Shown: positions 50,600-61,582 of the stretch, piece by piece
Layout: every line of letters begins with the position of its first letter
How positions within the stretch are numbered: position 1 is the first letter of the stretch
Source: Glaucostegus cemiculus
Lineage: Eukaryota
DNA length: 64,000 nucleotides
Direction of reading: 5' to 3'
Assembly: GCA_976551045.1 (NCBI GenBank)
Contig: CDPCPM010000281.1
Location: 9,548,001-9,612,000, forward strand
Position numbers and translations under genes: made by a program
Notes under the pieces: model-generated
What the model saw: the letters and a program-made list of their open reading frames with translations, nothing else
Database searches by the model: none
Told to the model about the DNA's origin: nothing

Positions 50600-51854
50600 T
50601 GGCTAGAAATTGGATTTCATCCATTTTGTCCATTTTTGCTGTGCTGGATTCCACCCCCTCCCCCCCACCCCCAAATCAGAGAAAACATTATTGTGGTTTA
50701 CTCCCTTTAAGGAGCATTAAGCCCAGATTTACATGTTCATTGGTTGCAGCAACTGCCTCCCTCACACACTACCTTCTGGGAAGTAGGTCAGTGTCACTGA
50801 AGGGATCTTTCCACGGCAGGCCCCCACGAAGGTGAGGGAAAAGCGGCAGGGTGGGGGGAGGGGAGGGGAGGGCTGCCATATCAGAGTGGAGGAAGGATTT
50901 AACCTTGCCAAGACCTGGTGCCACGATTGGCTTCAGTTTGCTATCAGACCCATCAGGTCACTCCATAGCAATCATTGGAGCCTTGGTGCTGCTCATCTGC
51001 TGATGAAGGAGAATGCATCCAATTTCTGGACATTTGAGTTAAATAGAGCTTAGGGAACATAAATGACATTTTGCAATCCCTTAAGGGTTCCTAATGGCCT
51101 GCAGTCTAGGAACATGGACAGATTAATCTCTGGATTCCACTGAGTGAATTCAAATCTTTAAATAACACTATTTTTTTAATGAATAGGATTTTAGGAACTT
51201 TTGAATATTAAGAAATAATGGACCTCAAAGGGGAATTTTTTAAAATTTTAACTATAGGGAAAAGCTAATATTTGATACTTACTCCATTTTTCTTTTTTTT
51301 AAACCTAATACTTAAGAACTAAATCTAATTCTTCCCCTGTCAGTTTCCTAAGGCAATGATTAGATCTAGGTGTCAGTATGTGTATTTGTAGATAGAACAC
51401 TATTACTGAACACTGTGATATGGAAGGACAGAGTAGCTCAATATTATTTTTATGATTCAATAATAGATAATAATAATTGTATTTTCATCGGTTAACCTCA
51501 GCCCCATTCATTTACCCAGGAGTAAGAGTCTGACTTCCCTTCTCTGTTTATCTCTGTCGTATACTGAAATGGTGAAGCTGTGCATCAGGCCCTGTGGCTG
51601 GGTTGATTGCAGTGTCTTAGTGATGTTTCTTACAGTTTACAAACAAAATAAAATAGATTAAAAACATTGCATGAGGTAACCTGGTGGTTCCGATGGTTAG
51701 TCTGCCAATATGCTGCTCCAACGAAGGAGAGAATCCAGATGTGTCTTCCTTAGAACCCTTGGCCAAAGAAACACCTTCAGTTAAAAGTTGTGTGTTTAAC
51801 CTCTTACTGACCACTCTATATTGGTTCCAGAGCCTCAGAGCACATCACTGTGTA

Positions 51855-53017
51855 GTTTAGGTTGAGGTACGATAGGCTCCAAACCTATCTCTGGGAAGCA
51901 AATAGACTGAAAAACCCTGGAGAATGTGGACCATTTACTACATCTCAGGAGCCACCTCTTGATGAAATTCACCAATGCTTTCAGTGTGCCATCACAGCCT
52001 TTGTTTGGGAGAGGAGGAGGAGGAGGATATTTGAAGGTCAAGACCTTAGACCTGGCACAAAACTCATGCCCAGTGGAGCAGCGATGATCACTGCCCTCCT
52101 ATATGCTTCTGAGATCTGGACTAGCTGCAGCAGGCACTTAAAGGAACTGGCAAAATACCACAACGCTGTTCTAGCAAAATACTCCAGACCCAGCATCAGT
52201 GTCCTCTCCCAGGCTGACATCCCCAGCATTGCCCCTCTAGTTGCACTCAGCTGCCTACGATCTGCAGGCTATGTAGTTCATTTGCCTAATACCAGACTGC
52301 AAAGTTAGGCAACAAACAATCTGCTGGAGGAACTCAGCGGGTTGAGCAGCATCTATGGGAGAAAAGGAATTGTCAACATTTCGGGTCAAAATCTTGCACC
52401 AGGGCTCCCTCCTCACTTCACCAATCACCTCAGACTCCTGTCTCACCACTCCCCTTCTCCCTTTTATACTGGCCATCACCCTCCTGCACTCCCAGTCCTG
52501 ATGCAGGGTCTCGACCTGACACATCAACAATTCCTTTACCGCCGCAGATTGTGCACGACCCTCTGAGTTCCTCCAGCAGATTGTTTGCTGGTCCAGATTC
52601 CAGCATCTGCAGTCTCTTGCGTCTCCAAAAATAGGCAGTCTATTGTAAGTTCTGTCATGGGAAGAGATTACCAGACAGGTAGAGGAAAAGATTCAAGACG
52701 GTGCTCAAAATTTCCTTGAGGAAAGACAATATCCCCAGCCCCTTCTGGAAATCCCTGGCACATGACTGCTCAAAATGTCAAAGGAGCATTCAGAGTGGCT
52801 TTGAGAACCTGAAGTTCATGCGTTGGAAGCAGACAGAAGTGGTGGGAGGAGCACACCACTTCACAAGCTACGCCACTTGGCCACAACTTCTGTCCCATTT
52901 GGGGAAGGTTCTGCAATTCCCACAATGGCCTCAGCAGCCACCTCGACACCTACAGAATAACACAGTGGAAGCAAGTCATCCACAGTGACCCTGGCCTTGT
53001 CCCTAAGAAAAGGAAGG
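51855..53017 (+). mobile_element. RTE-clade LINE 3' portion, interrupted at ~52312-52625
   Basis: LDEIHQCFQCA..IFEGQDLRPGTKLM..ALLYASEIWT..SVLSQADIPSI; resumes with RKRFKTVLKISL..WKSLAHD and a C-terminal CPIWGRFCNSHNGLSSH motif at ~52891. Confidence 0.9.
52312..52625. mobile_element. Non-autonomous Penelope-derived inverted-repeat element with TSD
   Basis: Same termini as 31922; TSD CAAAGTTAGGCA (52300-52311) / CAAAAATAGGCA (52626-52637). Confidence 0.9.
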
Positions 53018-53409
53018 ATTAGTGTGGGGATCACAGATGATCCAGCTGATGTGTATTTATGTATTTTTAAGCAGAAGTAGAAACAAAGGCTGACATCACT
53101 GCTTCTTAGCCAATGGTGCTGAGGCCAATTATAGTAAGTCAACCACCCCCCTGACTGATCAATCTTCTCAACACAGGCTGTGACATGGATAGGCAACTTC
53201 ATGGCTTGTTTACTTGTTTCTATTTTGGTGAGTTAACTGAGTAACTCACCCATTGGAGAAAATATTTAAAACATGTTCAGAGCACTGATGGACGGAGGAC
53301 TGTGTATTACGGTTCTAACTGAGGATATTTTACGATGCTATCCCAAAAGTGACTGACAGCCATTGTGCTCAGATTTATCTTTTGGAAAGTGTAGCTTCAA
53401 TTCAAGCAT

Positions 53410-53640
53410 AGACTTAAGGGAGAAGGATTAGAAGGTAGGTGAGAAAAAGAATCTTTCACCCAGAGTGTGTTGGGGTCTGGAATTCACTTCCTGAAAGAAA
53501 CCCTCATCATATTTAAGTTGTACCTGGATGGGCTTGATGGGACCTTCAGGGCTATGGACCTGGTGCTGAATGGTTGGATTAGGTTGGAGAACTCTTATTC
53601 AGCTGGCACAGACCTGACGGTCTGAATTACCCACTGTGTG
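53410..53640 (+). mobile_element. Degraded CR1 3' end
   Basis: TTTCACCCAGAGTGTGTTGGGGTCTGGAATTCACTTCCTGAAAG..ATTTAAGTTGTACCTGGATG. Confidence 0.7.
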
Positions 53641-53929
53641 TAAAGCTGTTGCAATTTTATGCAGAGGTTTACATTTGGTAGAAGTTAGTCTTTAAATCAC
53701 ATATCTCTTTGCTGTCTTTGGGCATTGGGTTTTCACAGCCAAACCAGAGATTGTTAAAATTCAAAAATAAGTCATTCTTAGATTTAACAGCAAAACTATT
53801 GCTGCTGAAGATAAAAAGCTGACAAGCTACCTGTGAATGAGTAATGATGTCTCCAGTTTTGCTGACTGGGTTCAAGTTAGTTGACAAGAAAAAGAAGTCA
53901 GAATTATTGACTGCATGTAAATACAGGCA

Positions 53930-54330
53930 TTGTAATGTTCATATTTTTTTCAGTTCAGCCAAGATGGGTTGAATCAATCAGTCCATCAATAAAGCGCAGA
54001 CAAGTTTAAAGAGAGTGCTCTTGAATTTTTATTTTTAAAAAAGCACGATTGACAGAGGTGCCTAGATTAATATTTTACTATTTTTTTCATGCTCAGCGAA
54101 AGTGCATTAATGCTGCTTTGATATATTCAACATTGAAAAGAAACATTGAGAGGTAAAAATTGCTTCAGTTCACATTCATTAGTCTGCTGAAACTTTCCCC
54201 TGGAAAAATAATGCCCTATTGAAATGCAGTGGGCCTGTTGACTTCTTAGCAGAGGACATAGTTTTGGCTTTGCTGTTTATTAATGATTAAAAAAAACAAT
54301 CGGCATGAGAGATGTGCCAGACACCATCAG
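53930..54330. promoter_or_regulatory. Candidate conserved non-coding enhancer (PBX/MEIS/HOX motifs)
   Basis: ATCAATCA 53973-53980, CCATCAATAAA, CGATTGACAG 54046-54055, GCATTAATGC. Confidence 0.4.
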
Positions 54331-55924
54331 TTTGTTTCCTCCTCTCAAATTCCTCCTTAGTTGATGTGAAATCATTAGCTTGCTGAGGACCAATTTACTG
54401 GTTGTCCTCATCTCCTTGCTCAAGTAATGACTGTTAGAAGTCTATTTAACCCTAACTATGTTGCAGCTGAGCCCAGCTCTGCTCTCACACAGGTCTAGAG
54501 ATAAACTGTAGGAACATTACATGGACTTGCCACTGCAAGCTTCAGTACTTCTGGAGACCCAAGGTGTAGAGTGCTATTGAGTGACAGTGGCACTCTTTGT
54601 GTGAAGTGCTCCAGAACAAGTGAGGGAAAGTGCAGCATCCAGGACTGAGACCGGGGCAGGGATCAAGAGGAAGCCAATGATCGAGGACCTGGTTGGACCC
54701 CTTTGGAGGTAGGCTCTTGTTCGTGTTGGCTGGCTTGAGATTGATTCTTGTGGAATCAAATTTCCAGAGAGACATGATTCAACCAGGAAATGCTTGCCAT
54801 CGCATTTCGCTCTGGACAATAACTCAATTTATAGATAAATAACATTGAAAGGAAAGTGCTGAGTATGCGAATTGTGAGGCCACGGTATTCCAGAGGTGAT
54901 CATTGCATGACAGACAGTGGTAAACATCATGAATGACTTTTTGTCCATACAACTAAATATTATTGAGATGTGCCCATTTCCCAACTTGTATCTGATAAAA
55001 TGCACGACTTAGTGTGACTTGTGTTTGTTTACTGAGCCATGGAGAGAGCATTTTGTTTTACACTGTAATTCTTCTTGTTGCTCTGTTAAGATAAGGTCCA
55101 CAAAATAGTCCTGCTTGGCTGAAGGATTGTTAAATACTTTCTTACCTCAATCCTCCTAAAATCTATGGATGCTACATCAATTGAGCTTTCAAGACTGCGA
55201 AAGATAGGTTTGTGTTAGGCATTGGCATTCAGGGATCTTTAGAAAAGACAGATGTGTGGATTTTAAAGACAATTATCCATAAGCAAGCTGAGGCAGGAGG
55301 CCATTCAGTGTGGACTGAATAGCCCCCTGTTATTCTAACACCAAAAGGAGCAAATTAATGTAATGACATAGTGCCTTGTTGTACAATGATGAACATCCTC
55401 ATTTCCCTTGGTACTTTCTTTGATGGAATGTGTCATCAAAGATAAAATGTTAAAATATTCCCAAGTCCTACCAAACTGGCATGCTTGTTGATTAACCCAT
55501 TCCTCTGTGCCTGTCACCACCTCTGGCACGTGACTCAGAGGTGGGGTAGAGTGAAGGCATTGAGCAGTGGGATCTCTCCAGGTTACGCGACAACACCTTG
55601 CACCAATGGAGTAGTTTAATATTCAAAGGCTACTTGCCTGTCATGAACCTGGAGCCTGCAGGAGAAAGCTGGCCCCAACCTTCCTGATGATGACCTAAAA
55701 GCATCACAGAGAGAATCCAAAGCTAGTCCTGTCTGTTGGAAAAAAGATTGACAGCCAGCTAAACAATGCCTACTCACTTTGTTGCCAAAAACAAATTATT
55801 TCTGAATGCTTCAGAAATGCTTTAAAACATTAAAAGATTGAAAATCATTCCAATCATTTTGAAATGACCGAAAAAGAGTAAGTCCATTAGGCGTATATTG
55901 ACCTAAGTTTAGCAGAGACCAACT

Positions 55925-56286
55925 AAAATTCTAACCGGACTAGTCAGATTAGATGCAGTAAAGATATTCTCGATGGTAGGGCAGTCTGGGACCAGGGATC
56001 ACAATCCAAGGATAAGGGGTAAGCCATTGGAGATTGAGATGAGGAGAAAATTCTCCCCCCATAAAGTGGAGAAACTGCAAAATTCTCGACCACTGAAATT
56101 AGTTGAAGCAACGTCATTAAATATATTTAAGAAGGCATTAGATAGTTTTTGTAGTGCCAGGGGAAATCAAGAGGTTTGGGGAGAAAGCTGGAACAGGGTA
56201 CTGAATTTGAATGATCAGTCATAATCGCATCAGATGGCAAGGCAGGCTCAAAGGGGCGAGTGGCCAACTTATGATCCCATCTTCTA
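55925..56286 (+). mobile_element. CR1/HER1 LINE 3' end
   Basis: ORF VGQSGTRDHNPRIRGKPLEIEMRRKFS..VEATSLNIFKKALDSF; 3' UTR GGCAGGCTCAAAGGGGCGAGTGGCC. Confidence 0.88.
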
Positions 56287-56487
56287 AGTAAAAGCCTAAG
56301 TGCCTAACTGAATTAAAACACAGTGGATCACTAAAAAATCTACACCGCCTTAATCCTTGGAGCCATTCTCCTCCTACAGGGAGGCATAACCTATTTTGAC
56401 CCCATTGAGGATCTTTGGGTGGATTCCCCTTGGGCAGTATTGGGGAACCACCACACCTTCCCTGTCCCATGCTTCAGTCTGTTACTG

Positions 56488-56602
56488 CTTTTCCCTTGTG
56501 CCACTGATGTACTGATGTTGTGAAATGATCTGTATGGATGGCATGCAAAGCAATGTTTTTCACTGTACCTCTGTACATGTGACAATAACAAACCAATTAC
56601 CA
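56488..56602 (+). mobile_element. Rex1-like LINE 3' tail
   Basis: ATGATCTGTATGGATGGCATGCAAA..TTTTCACTGTACCTCTGTACATGTGACAATAAC. Confidence 0.7.
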
Positions 56603-56729
56603 GTTACCGTGCTGCAGTCCGTGAGGTTCCACCGTTGGGAGTGTTGTGGGCTGCGTGGTATTCCACAAAGCATCGTCAGCAACCTCGATATTCACTAGCA
56701 GGGAAATGCAGAAGTTGCTTTCTGTTAAG

Positions 56730-57850
56730 CGGGATGATGTTATCAAAATTGCTTCTTTTTTATTATTCAAGTCAGATATTTAATAAAAGATATTCACATA
56801 AAACAAAAGCATAAAACATTTTAAATTCCTATGATTTTTCTCCCAAGTTTCTTGTTTAGGATGGATTTTTGAGCTGTTTTGCAATGGCAAGAATATACTT
56901 ATATTCTTGAGATTTATGGAGGAGCAAAGTTTAATCGTGTTGCGTGTCATAACTCTGCATGTGACAAATAAAATCACACAGTAATTTCAAAGGTTTGTTG
57001 ATGAGCTGCAATATTAATTTTTTTGATACTTAGTGTGTAAAGCTTTAAATTATATTTTATTTGTGCTTTATTCTAATCAATATTGTTAAATTAGGTTTAT
57101 TTTTGCAATTGTGCAATCCTGTTCGTACCCCTTCAACTCTACTGAAGGCAACAATCTGTTCTTGAGCTTGCTTCCTACCCAAGAATAGCCCTTTGGTAAC
57201 ATGCCCAATGGGTATTCTCGTGAACTAAAATTGTTAGTGTTTGCAGGGTTTGGAGGCAGGCATAGAATCTATACACTCAAACACTGTGGCATAGATCACA
57301 AGATAATAAATAGGAGTAAGAATCATAGCTGATTTCTCTGATTCTGGCTCAAGGACAATGTTTGTTCTCCCTTGATGACATCAGCTAACTTGGTCTGAAA
57401 CGGTGACTGACCTGTTGCCTCTTCGTGTTTTATAAGTTCAAGTGACACACCATAAGATTGAAATTAACGTGATCCTATTTTTGGTTGTTATTGGACCATG
57501 GGGCAATCTACAGCAGCACAAGCAGTACCTCAAGTACTTGAATGCCCAGAGAGTAAACCACCATTTTCACACAAACTCATTTGTTGTAACTGATGAGATT
57601 TGTTGCCTCTTGGCTGATTCACAAGCTGGTGAGATTTTGTGTGATGACGGTTTCTGTCTTGAAGAACAGCAAATCTGAAAATGCCCTATTCCTTTTGTAT
57701 GAATAATAGTGTCACTTTGTGAAGGAACATGATTATAGAAAAGCCTCTGGCACAATTTGCCCTGCTCTCTAAACTAATAGAAGATCCATTGCGTCAATTA
57801 TCTGGCAGAAGAAAAAAAATCTAATTAACAAAATAAATTGATGCTCACAC
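56730..57850. promoter_or_regulatory. Candidate CNE cluster (~56730-57120 and ~57560-57850)
   Basis: Repeat-free; GATTTATGG, TTTAATC, TTCAAAG, CCTTTTGT (SOX-like) and CAATTA motifs. Confidence 0.3.
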
Positions 57851-59790
57851 AAGTACAAAATACTCTTGTGAATTAGTGATACTCTAATTTGTGAATTTGG
57901 ATGATTGACATGCTTCTGGTGGACCCCATGTTACAACACTGGTACAGTATGCTTAAAAGCTCATTGTCATCTGATAAAGCTTCTTGCAAAGCAAGTTGCT
58001 AGTCCTGCAAAATAGGAGTGGGTGACATGTCATGTCTCCTCATGGTAAGAAACTTGAAATGGATCATTGATAGTGGCAGTTCGTAAATTCAGAATGATAT
58101 TTGTTCCTTTTGTTAGGGAATAGAGTATCTGAATTTAAATTTAGCTGAGATTTTCTACAAAGCAACAAATCCAATATTATTAGCTTTGCAATTATGGACT
58201 ATTCTAATCTTTAGTTCCTGTGTGCTTCTTCGTTATCTAACCATTCTGATGGTTGGTTCAATTTACAAGCTTTCTAACCATACTTTTTTGTTTAGGATTT
58301 CGGTGCTATCTAGGAATAGAGCTTGAACCTGGGATAACTTTTCAATGTAATCTCTGTAGAGATAAGTGAATACCTTCCACCATGAGTATAATTAATATTG
58401 GAGGAAATGTAGAATCATTTATTTTCTGATCAATGATTCTTAAAAGAAAAATGATCCAATTAGAATTGAGAGAGAGTGAAGGAGAGTGTTCATTTAACTT
58501 ATTAGAGGTGTCAAAATTGACAGACAAAGATAAAGGAATCCTATAATTTTGACAGAGCTTATTGCGTAGTTCAATTCTGCTAATTTTGTTTGTATAGTCA
58601 ATCGAACATGTGCTGTATTAAAAATTAAAGAGCCTTGTTTTTTCTAGCTGGGACAGTGGACCGTCTGTTACAACACAGCAGACATGTAAAACCCAAGAGT
58701 CCATTACCATAGGTTACAGCAAATGTTAATCAGTACCAATGCAGTTAAATAATGCAGTTAGTACAGATGGCAGCTACTACATTCAGTTGCAGATGCGTCC
58801 TAGTGTCCCTAAGGCAGTCATATCACAGTAGTTGTCAGTTACTGTCAGGGAGGATGCTGAGCAGCGTGTCGACTTTTTTGTTGGACTCTGCCATATAATC
58901 CAGACAGAGAGTATGGCTCTCCTTTATTGTAATCAGATGAGCAAGATTGTAATATATCACCGAGCTGAATGAATACATAACACAGCTTAGTATTCATTTA
59001 AAGTCAACATTTTTCCTGCTAAGTGACATAAAAATAGTGAAGCTTTTCACAGCTCAGATACTTGTTAATAGTTTCCAACTTCACAATTTAGACCGGGAGC
59101 TTTGGCTGCAGAGAGATACGTGAAAATTCTCATATACATTGCAGCCAGCTGGTCAGAAAATCCTGCTTGTTAAGTCCAGGTGCCTCCTTTTAGCTGCGGG
59201 GACCAAACTAGGCTTGGTATTTCAGAATGCCAGCACTGATGTACTGGCTAGTGATCCCATATAGGATGGCACTAAAAATCAGTTGCAGACTGCCAAGGCT
59301 ACTTCTCCAGGAGAATGACACACCATGGGACCACCACTCTGGTTCTGTGCCAGTGCAGAAAACATGAACAAGGAACTCCTATTTTTTCTTCTCTCATGCC
59401 TCTCTGCTTTGATTGCTGTTGGATACTCTCATTGCCATACATTTCCTCCACTGATCTTTATCAATTCCCAGTCAATTCTATAAGTTTCATCCTAACAATT
59501 AGATTCCTGAGTTAGCATATTAAATTACTAATAACTAATTGTGAGCAGAAACTAGATTAGGGAGCAATTATAGGAGATAACTAGAGAAACCGGAGCAAGA
59601 AAATTTGCCAACACTGGCCTTCAGAAAGTACAGTTTGAAGCTGCACTTAAAATTTATTCCGGTGCAGTGACTCCTCATCTTACATTAGAAGAACCTGTCT
59701 TCTTATTCATTGTTCATGGTAATTTATTTAAAATTTCTAAGAGACAATAAGAAATAAGTAGGGATTGGAAATGTGCTGGTGCAGAAGAAG

Positions 59791-60046
59791 TTTTTTTTTT
59801 AATTAAATTTTATTTACAGTGTGGTAACGGCCCTTTCGGCCCTCCAAGTCCACGCCGCCCATTTTAAACCCCCAAATTAACCTACCCGTACGTCTTTCAG
59901 AATGTGGGAGGAAACCAGAGCACCCAGAGGAAACCCACGCAGACACAGGAGAACGTACAAACTCCTTATAGACAGCGACGGGAATCAAACCCCGATCACT
60001 GGCGCTGTAACAGCGTCGCGCTAACCACTACGCTATCGTGCCGCCC
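59791..60046 (-). mobile_element. Young V-SINE with CR1-type tail (same family as 26124)
   Basis: Reverse complement is colinear end to end with 26124-26375; A-rich tail; CpG-rich. Confidence 0.94.
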
Positions 60047-60606
60047 TATTCTTCTGACAGCTTTTAACGAACTATCTAGATAAGACCTGTGCTTCAAATA
60101 ACCTTGCTATCTTTGCATTAGAGTTCCTGATGCTAACAGTGAATATAGAAATGTTTCATTCTCTAAGGATGTTCATAATCTTTGAAAATCTATACCCACA
60201 AAAATTATAAATTGGCAATAAGATGATAGTGAATTGTTTACATGGGCACACTATCAGTTAAGGAATTTGGCACTAATTCTTCAGTAGTGAAAAAGTTTTT
60301 TTTCAAAAATGATTTAGTTTAAAATAAAAATCTTTCTGTAGAGCCAGAAGGAGCATGAATAATTCCCCACTCTGCACTCCTCATCGTGACAACCCCCGTG
60401 ATTAGCCACATGTCCAACTGTCTCTAGCACCTCCTCTAACCCCCTAGTCCCAGCCTTTTGCCTGATCATCTTAAACTCCCTCCTTGAGTTCATCTGAGGA
60501 CCTCTGTTGATGATTTAAAATTCATGTATTTCCACTTGTGCCAGGCAGAAACTAGATAAGGTCCAAAGTCCAACTTTGGGAGGCTTTGAACATTTGTATT
60601 TGTGCT

Positions 60607-60805
60607 TGAACTCATCTGGACTGCAATGGACTTTGTTTTTTTTTGTTCTAATTGTGATCCTTCTTGTAAAAAGTGTGTGTAATTTACGTTTAGTTTACAC
60701 TTTTCTTGTGAATGTTGTGCATCTGATGCTATGTGCCTGTGATGCTACTGCAAGTAAGTTTCTTATGGCACCTGTACAAGCATGTACTTGTGCTTATGAC
60801 AATAT
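60607..60805 (+). mobile_element. Rex1-like LINE 3' UTR (second subfamily)
   Basis: TTTTCTTGTGAATGTTG..CTGATGCTATGTGCCTGTGATGCTACTGCAAGTAAG..ATGACAAT. Confidence 0.72.
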
Positions 60806-61325
60806 TTCAATTCAGATTGTCAGACTAGTATACTTTAACCTTTGTTTGCTGCAGTATGACAGTAGTTCTTCACATGGCAGTTTATCTTGAAAAATCCCAT
60901 CAACAACCTTTCTTAAAAGGGTATACCAAGGTCTCAATCGATTTATCCTAATCATATTTTATGGTACCACAGTTTTTTATATGTACATGTTAACTTTGAG
61001 AAATAATTGATCTGTGCATCATCCTAATAATAATGTTATCCTTTTATCCTTGATATGTTAGTTTGAGTTTCAATCCACTATGACGATCTGTAATACAGTT
61101 TGTCACAATTGATTGGATTGAGATATCACTGTGGGCTTGTTTTAAGGTCAATATCAATCAGATTTGGAGCCTCATGGTTACAACAATCAAGGCAGGAATG
61201 CCAACAAAAATGACATGATGAGTTATGCATGCTAAACCTGCTATTGATTTCAAATCTTTTAAGTGTGTTTGTTTAGGTAATTATTAACATGGAAAGGCTT
61301 CAGTGTTTACCTATGCAGATTTTAT

Positions 61326-61582
61326 AAGATAAGATAATATTTCTTTATGAGTCACATGTACTTCGAAACACAAGGTGAAATGCATCTTTTGCGTAGAGTG
61401 TTCTGGGGGCAGCCCACAAGCGTCGCCGCGCTCTCGGCGCCAACATAGCATACCCACAACTTCCTAACCCATACATCTTTGGAATGTGGGAGGAAACCCA
61501 TACAGTCACAGGGAGAATGTACAAACTCCTTACACACAGTGGCCGGAATTGAACCTGGGTCGCTAGCGCCGCAATGGCGTAA
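61326..61582 (-). mobile_element. V-SINE with Rex1-like tail (same family as 4121), internal V-domain deletion
   Basis: GTCACATGTACTTCGAAACAC..TGAAATGCATCTTTT..GGGGGCAGCCC..CAAACTCCTTACA..GGAATTGAACC. Confidence 0.9.

Noticed and set aside
51862-52308. 148-aa ORF as a host gene
   Set aside because: Decayed RTE LINE with deletions and an insertion.
54615-54714. Possible cassette exon ending GAG|GTAGGC
   Set aside because: Weak acceptor without a polypyrimidine tract, and no recognisable peptide.
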